DNA of 64,000 nucleotides from Phoronis australis (lineage: Eukaryota; Animalia; Phoronida). The stretch is from contig NMRA01000466.1 in NCBI GenBank assembly GCA_002633005.1, forward strand, positions 5,584 through 69,583. Direction: 5' to 3'. Numbering within the stretch: position 1 is the first letter of the stretch; each line of letters starts with the position of its first letter. The notes under the pieces are model-generated. The model ran no database searches, was not told the origin of the DNA, and saw nothing but the letters and a program-made list of their open reading frames with translations. This document shows, piece after piece, positions 1-64,000 of the stretch. A program made the translations under genes and the position numbers.

Positions 1-785
1 TTGACAACTGACCGAGATGCGACAAAATATGATCTAACTTTTCGAAAACATTTATTTTACACGGACATATTTTGCTTCGTCGGCGTATGGCAACGACCCA
101 ACGCTTCCGAATCTAAACGTCTTTAGAGATTGTGAAGCGTGTACGTATTTTTTTCTAGCCGTTTGGGGAACAACACGGACTGAAACACAGACTCCCATGC
201 CGATAAGCTAACAGAGCTATCGTAGCGAGCCTCGTTTTGGAACGCGCCTCCTGTCGGCGTGAATAGGGTCTATGTGTTGTCTGTAATCTATGACCTACTT
301 TACTCCAGGAGTCCCACCAGTTGTGACCTACTTTTCATTTGGCGAAATTTAGCAGACGACAGAATAGAAATATCGGTGAATCTTCACTGATTTTATTCGA
401 AAGATCATGAAATCTATGGAATCGTACAGATAATTCGACTTTAAGGTACATACCCAGCTTTACAAGAACATATCGTATCAGTGGCCTTGTCATTTGTCAG
501 GTGAAGGTGGCCCCGAGGCAGAGGGGTTCTTCGGATTTTCGCTGGCTCCTCGAGCACTTATTTTTTATATTCACCTTTACAAATTTCCATATCATGAACG
601 GACAATTTACTGTTGAAAAGCATCGTCTCTTGTCTCTGCCGACGCGTTTTCAAATAGTGCAAAAACACTCATCGATTCCACCAGGAACGTCGTTTAGAGA
701 CAGTGCATTTGCCTCTGACATCTCGTTCCAATATCGGGTATCACGTGACTTTTCGCATAGGAGCGGAGCTTGCGATAGGTCAATC

Positions 786-929
786 CAGGGGCTGATCCAG
801 GATTTTGAGTTGAGGAGGGGGGCAGGGAAGAGTAGTGGTCAGGACTTTCGCACTTCCAAACTGCCAAATGGAAATTAGAAGAATTTTAAGGGGGGCATGG
901 CCCCCGACCCCTCTCTAAATCCGCCACTG
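786..929. mobile_element. MITE-like element, family A (ends ...GATCCAG / CTAAATCCGCCACTG)
   Basis: Imperfect terminal inverted repeats; similar copies at 12132-12292 and 12377-12475. Confidence 0.65.
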
Positions 930-2221
930 GTCTGCAGTCATAAACATATACTGACTGGTTACAGAAGTATGGACGTACTTTTAGAACTCGTGAGCCTAAT
1001 ACTGTACACTCATGGAAGCTTATCTCGAATCTTTTTCCGTACATAAGCCCATGGGCGCGTAAAGGCCCGGTTGTTTATTCGGAAAAGGGGGGCATTTAAA
1101 CGAAAAATTATAGTTCATAGTTTTGCTGACTTTGACATTTTTGCTTAAACTGTTTTTAAATTCTATGTTAATAAATGCATAGTTCGCCAACACCTTGTTC
1201 GTTTTTATAAATGGTAAATGGTCCACAAAACTGAATTTGAGACAAAAAGTTGACTGGCAGTGGGCAGTTAAGAGGGAATTTTCTGAATAAGCGCCGCACT
1301 ATCTGGACACTTGACACCAGAAGTTGTAACACGAAATGAAGGCGCATGTGTGTTTATTCGGCATAATTTTCTGAATAAACCCTCATGGACCTTTTTATCC
1401 GGTAGGCTTATCCCCGCACCCGCGCAGTGGAATGAGTATCCCGACTGCTGGTCGACCGCTGGGAGTCTGGATTCAGCCGTATGGCTAAGAGCTTGACAGT
1501 GGTAAACCAATGTTTACGTAGTCCATCTCTCTTATTTCCTGCTTCCATTGGGTGAGTTTTGGTTACTTACCATATTGGCACTGCATGAATGATAGTTTTA
1601 ATAACACAGTTTCTGAATATACACTGGGGTGTTTGGAAAGGTCATTTTGTGAACGTCCGCCCGGTGTTATGTGGATGTAGCGAGTCTGAAGTTGAACCTA
1701 GCAGTGGACTCTACATGTACCTATTATGCGTTGTTGGGGCAATATTCAGAATGTTTGTCAAAGACAAGGAAATCGTGAAATTTTATTAAGTTCTTGAAGT
1801 CTACTTAAAAAAGTCTTGGAAAGTCTAAGTTCTAAATGAGGCATGGATAACAATTTGTCTGCTTACCAGTGCTACTGGTTATAGATGCATAAAGGAAGGA
1901 GGGGGAGTGTGGTAAAGCTTCTTGTTCTGTGTCATCAATGAAATCTTCCAGCAATAAGGCAAAAATACTATTGGCATTGGCCATGTTGAATTTTTGGAAA
2001 GCGCTCGCGGAAAGCACATCGTTCATTAGCGACATTGAAGCGCCCGCGGAAAGCTCTTCGAAGCGCTTGCCTAATTGAATGCAAGGCAGCAGTTAAGTTG
2101 CAAACAGCGCGCCTACTAACCCTAACCGATAAAATACTGTTAGCAAACGACTTTCAACAAACGTAGTGAACCGGATGTGTTCTATATGAAATACTTTCAC
2201 CGAAAAACTTCGAATGTAGAA

Positions 2222-2365
2222 AAACGGTTGACTTACGGAGAAATTAGACTTAACTTTCACCTGTTGATTCCTTTGTGTGACTGTAAGCTCGGACCAGCTT
2301 AACCACAGTATTGTGTACCAACACAAAAGGTTTGCTTGACAAGCTTATAATCGAACGTGATTCTA
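2222..2365 (+). repeat. Dispersed repeat, second copy at about 50274-50415
   Basis: Shared gagaaattagactt.aactttcacctgttgattcc.ttgtgtga...gcttaa.cacag. Confidence 0.7.
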
Positions 2366-3677
2366 GATTAGATCGTGAAAGTGGAAATTTGTTGATTTTT
2401 ACGCTCCAGGAGAAATTTATGTAATGTACGGGAAAACCCCGGCAGCACTGACATATGTAGGCCTACGCAGGCTAAGCAGGTGAGCCTAGCTTTATGAAAG
2501 AGCTCAGAACAGCTGTAATTATTACAAATATAATGCACGCGAGAGGTATGTGCTAAAAAATCGAGATATGTTCCCATGATCAATCACAACACGAGTTCTA
2601 CAAAATCACAGGGGTTAGGCAGGGCTCAGTTGTCCCGGCTGCCCTTTGGAATGACTAGACTAATTTATTAAAGGCTCTTGAGTTCCGGCAATGACCACGC
2701 TCTTTTGTCGGCTACTTGAAAACTAGACTTGGGAATTTTAAGAGTCTTATTGTGCAATGGATGATTTCACCGTCAAGTGCAATTAAGTTGCACTGAAGTA
2801 ACATCACGGTGTCCAATAATCTTGGACCACCAACTCCTGGTAGTCAGTGGTCAGTCTCAGACTCGATCAGACAAGCGGAAAATTCCCCAGGACTCAGCAT
2901 TTCTGGAAACGCTCAACTTATCTCGTCCGACAGTCCATCATTCAATTTCGTTTTCAGGTGCTTATTACTGAGAGGTTACTCCTCCAACGCAACGCGTTTT
3001 GGCTCTTCATCTCTTTGTCTCACAAACACTCAGGAGATTAGCCTTTGGCTAGCTAGGGGTCGCCACTGACAGCTTTTGTAAATATTCAACGATTTGTAAT
3101 AAAATCATAAAAAACAATATGCATCTGTTTTATAGCTCTAGTCAAGGCTAATTACTTCAAGAAGTCATTCTTACTCCAAAATAATCCCAAAATGAGTTTC
3201 TGGACCGTTAAACCGATTCAGTCCCTTTAACAAGGTACATGTATCTTGTTTCAACATACAGGTATGCATTCTTATTATTCAACTTTTTCATTTCTATACT
3301 TTAATTAACCTGAGCTCCTTTGACATCCCGTATGCTTACGTTATTTTTGTTAAAACCTAGCTGTATCTTGCTTGTACAGGATTGACTGAATTGTTATACA
3401 TCAACTAACCAGTAACCAGGTGTCACTAAATATCGTTACATAAAAGTGGAACATGCGATGTACTCAACATATCTGGTGCCTACCGCGCTGATTACGTATT
3501 AATTGAAATGTTAAACAGCATAGATCATATGTAACAGGCAAATGCTTTTGTCAGCAGTTTTGGTTGGTTTCGCTCAATACTGATGTGATAGATACGCCTT
3601 CATTTAAATAATCAATACCTGGACAGTTACGCAAACAGAGGCGACATCTGGCTGGGATGGGGTACTAATTAAGTGGT

Positions 3678-3745
3678 AAGTCACGTGACTTCGACCAACT
3701 GTTGCTCACTTTATAGTTGCTGGCTTTCACCAAAACAGTCAGTGT
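3678..3745 (+). promoter_or_regulatory. Candidate core promoter: palindromic E-box AAGTCACGTGACTT (3678-3691), TATA-like TTTATAG (3710-3716), Inr-like TCAGT (3739-3743)
   Basis: TATA starts about 29 nt before the A of TCAGT, which is about 75 nt upstream of the signal-peptide ATG. Confidence 0.55.
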
Positions 3746-3815
3746 GGGGTAAAACACGATATACAGGAAAGATCGTTGAAAAGCTGAACACCCCGACACA
3801 AAAAGCAATTCGACG

Positions 3816-64000
<60,185 letters not shown>

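Noticed and set aside
1481-1551. Alternative first exon (ATG...GG|GTGAGT, phase 2; MAKSLTVVNQCLRSPSLLFPASIG)
   Set aside because: It is phase-compatible but has no hydrophobic signal core. Exon 3816-3880 gives a convincing signal peptide and promoter.
501-3100. Short ORFs upstream of the gene
   Set aside because: No recognisable domains, several overlap repeats, and no coherent exon chain was found.

Overview
AT-rich eukaryotic DNA, most likely from an invertebrate animal; the species cannot be determined. Almost the whole window is one large + strand gene. I reconstructed 48 GT-AG exons by hand, from the ATG at 3816 to beyond the window end: about 7.2 kb of CDS, about 2,400 aa, with a consistent reading frame at every junction. 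The product is a secreted vWF/SCO-spondin/hemocytin/gel-forming-mucin family protein. Domain order: signal peptide - EMI - 5 EGF - D1 - D2 - D' - D3 (VWD-C8-TIL-E; GDPH in VWD3) - PTS - (TIL-VWC-like)x2 - (PTS-FA58C)x2 - PTS - VWA with a degenerate MIDAS, truncated by the window edge. A TATA/Inr core promoter with a palindromic GTCACGTGAC E-box lies just upstream. The introns hold MITE/foldback elements, a 5'-truncated LINE, a degenerate Penelope-type hammerhead inside an inverted repeat, and many mini/microsatellites. Single Ns mark probable contig joins, and one of them creates a false ~640 bp haplotype duplication inside D3. Domain names come from motif recognition, not database searches.
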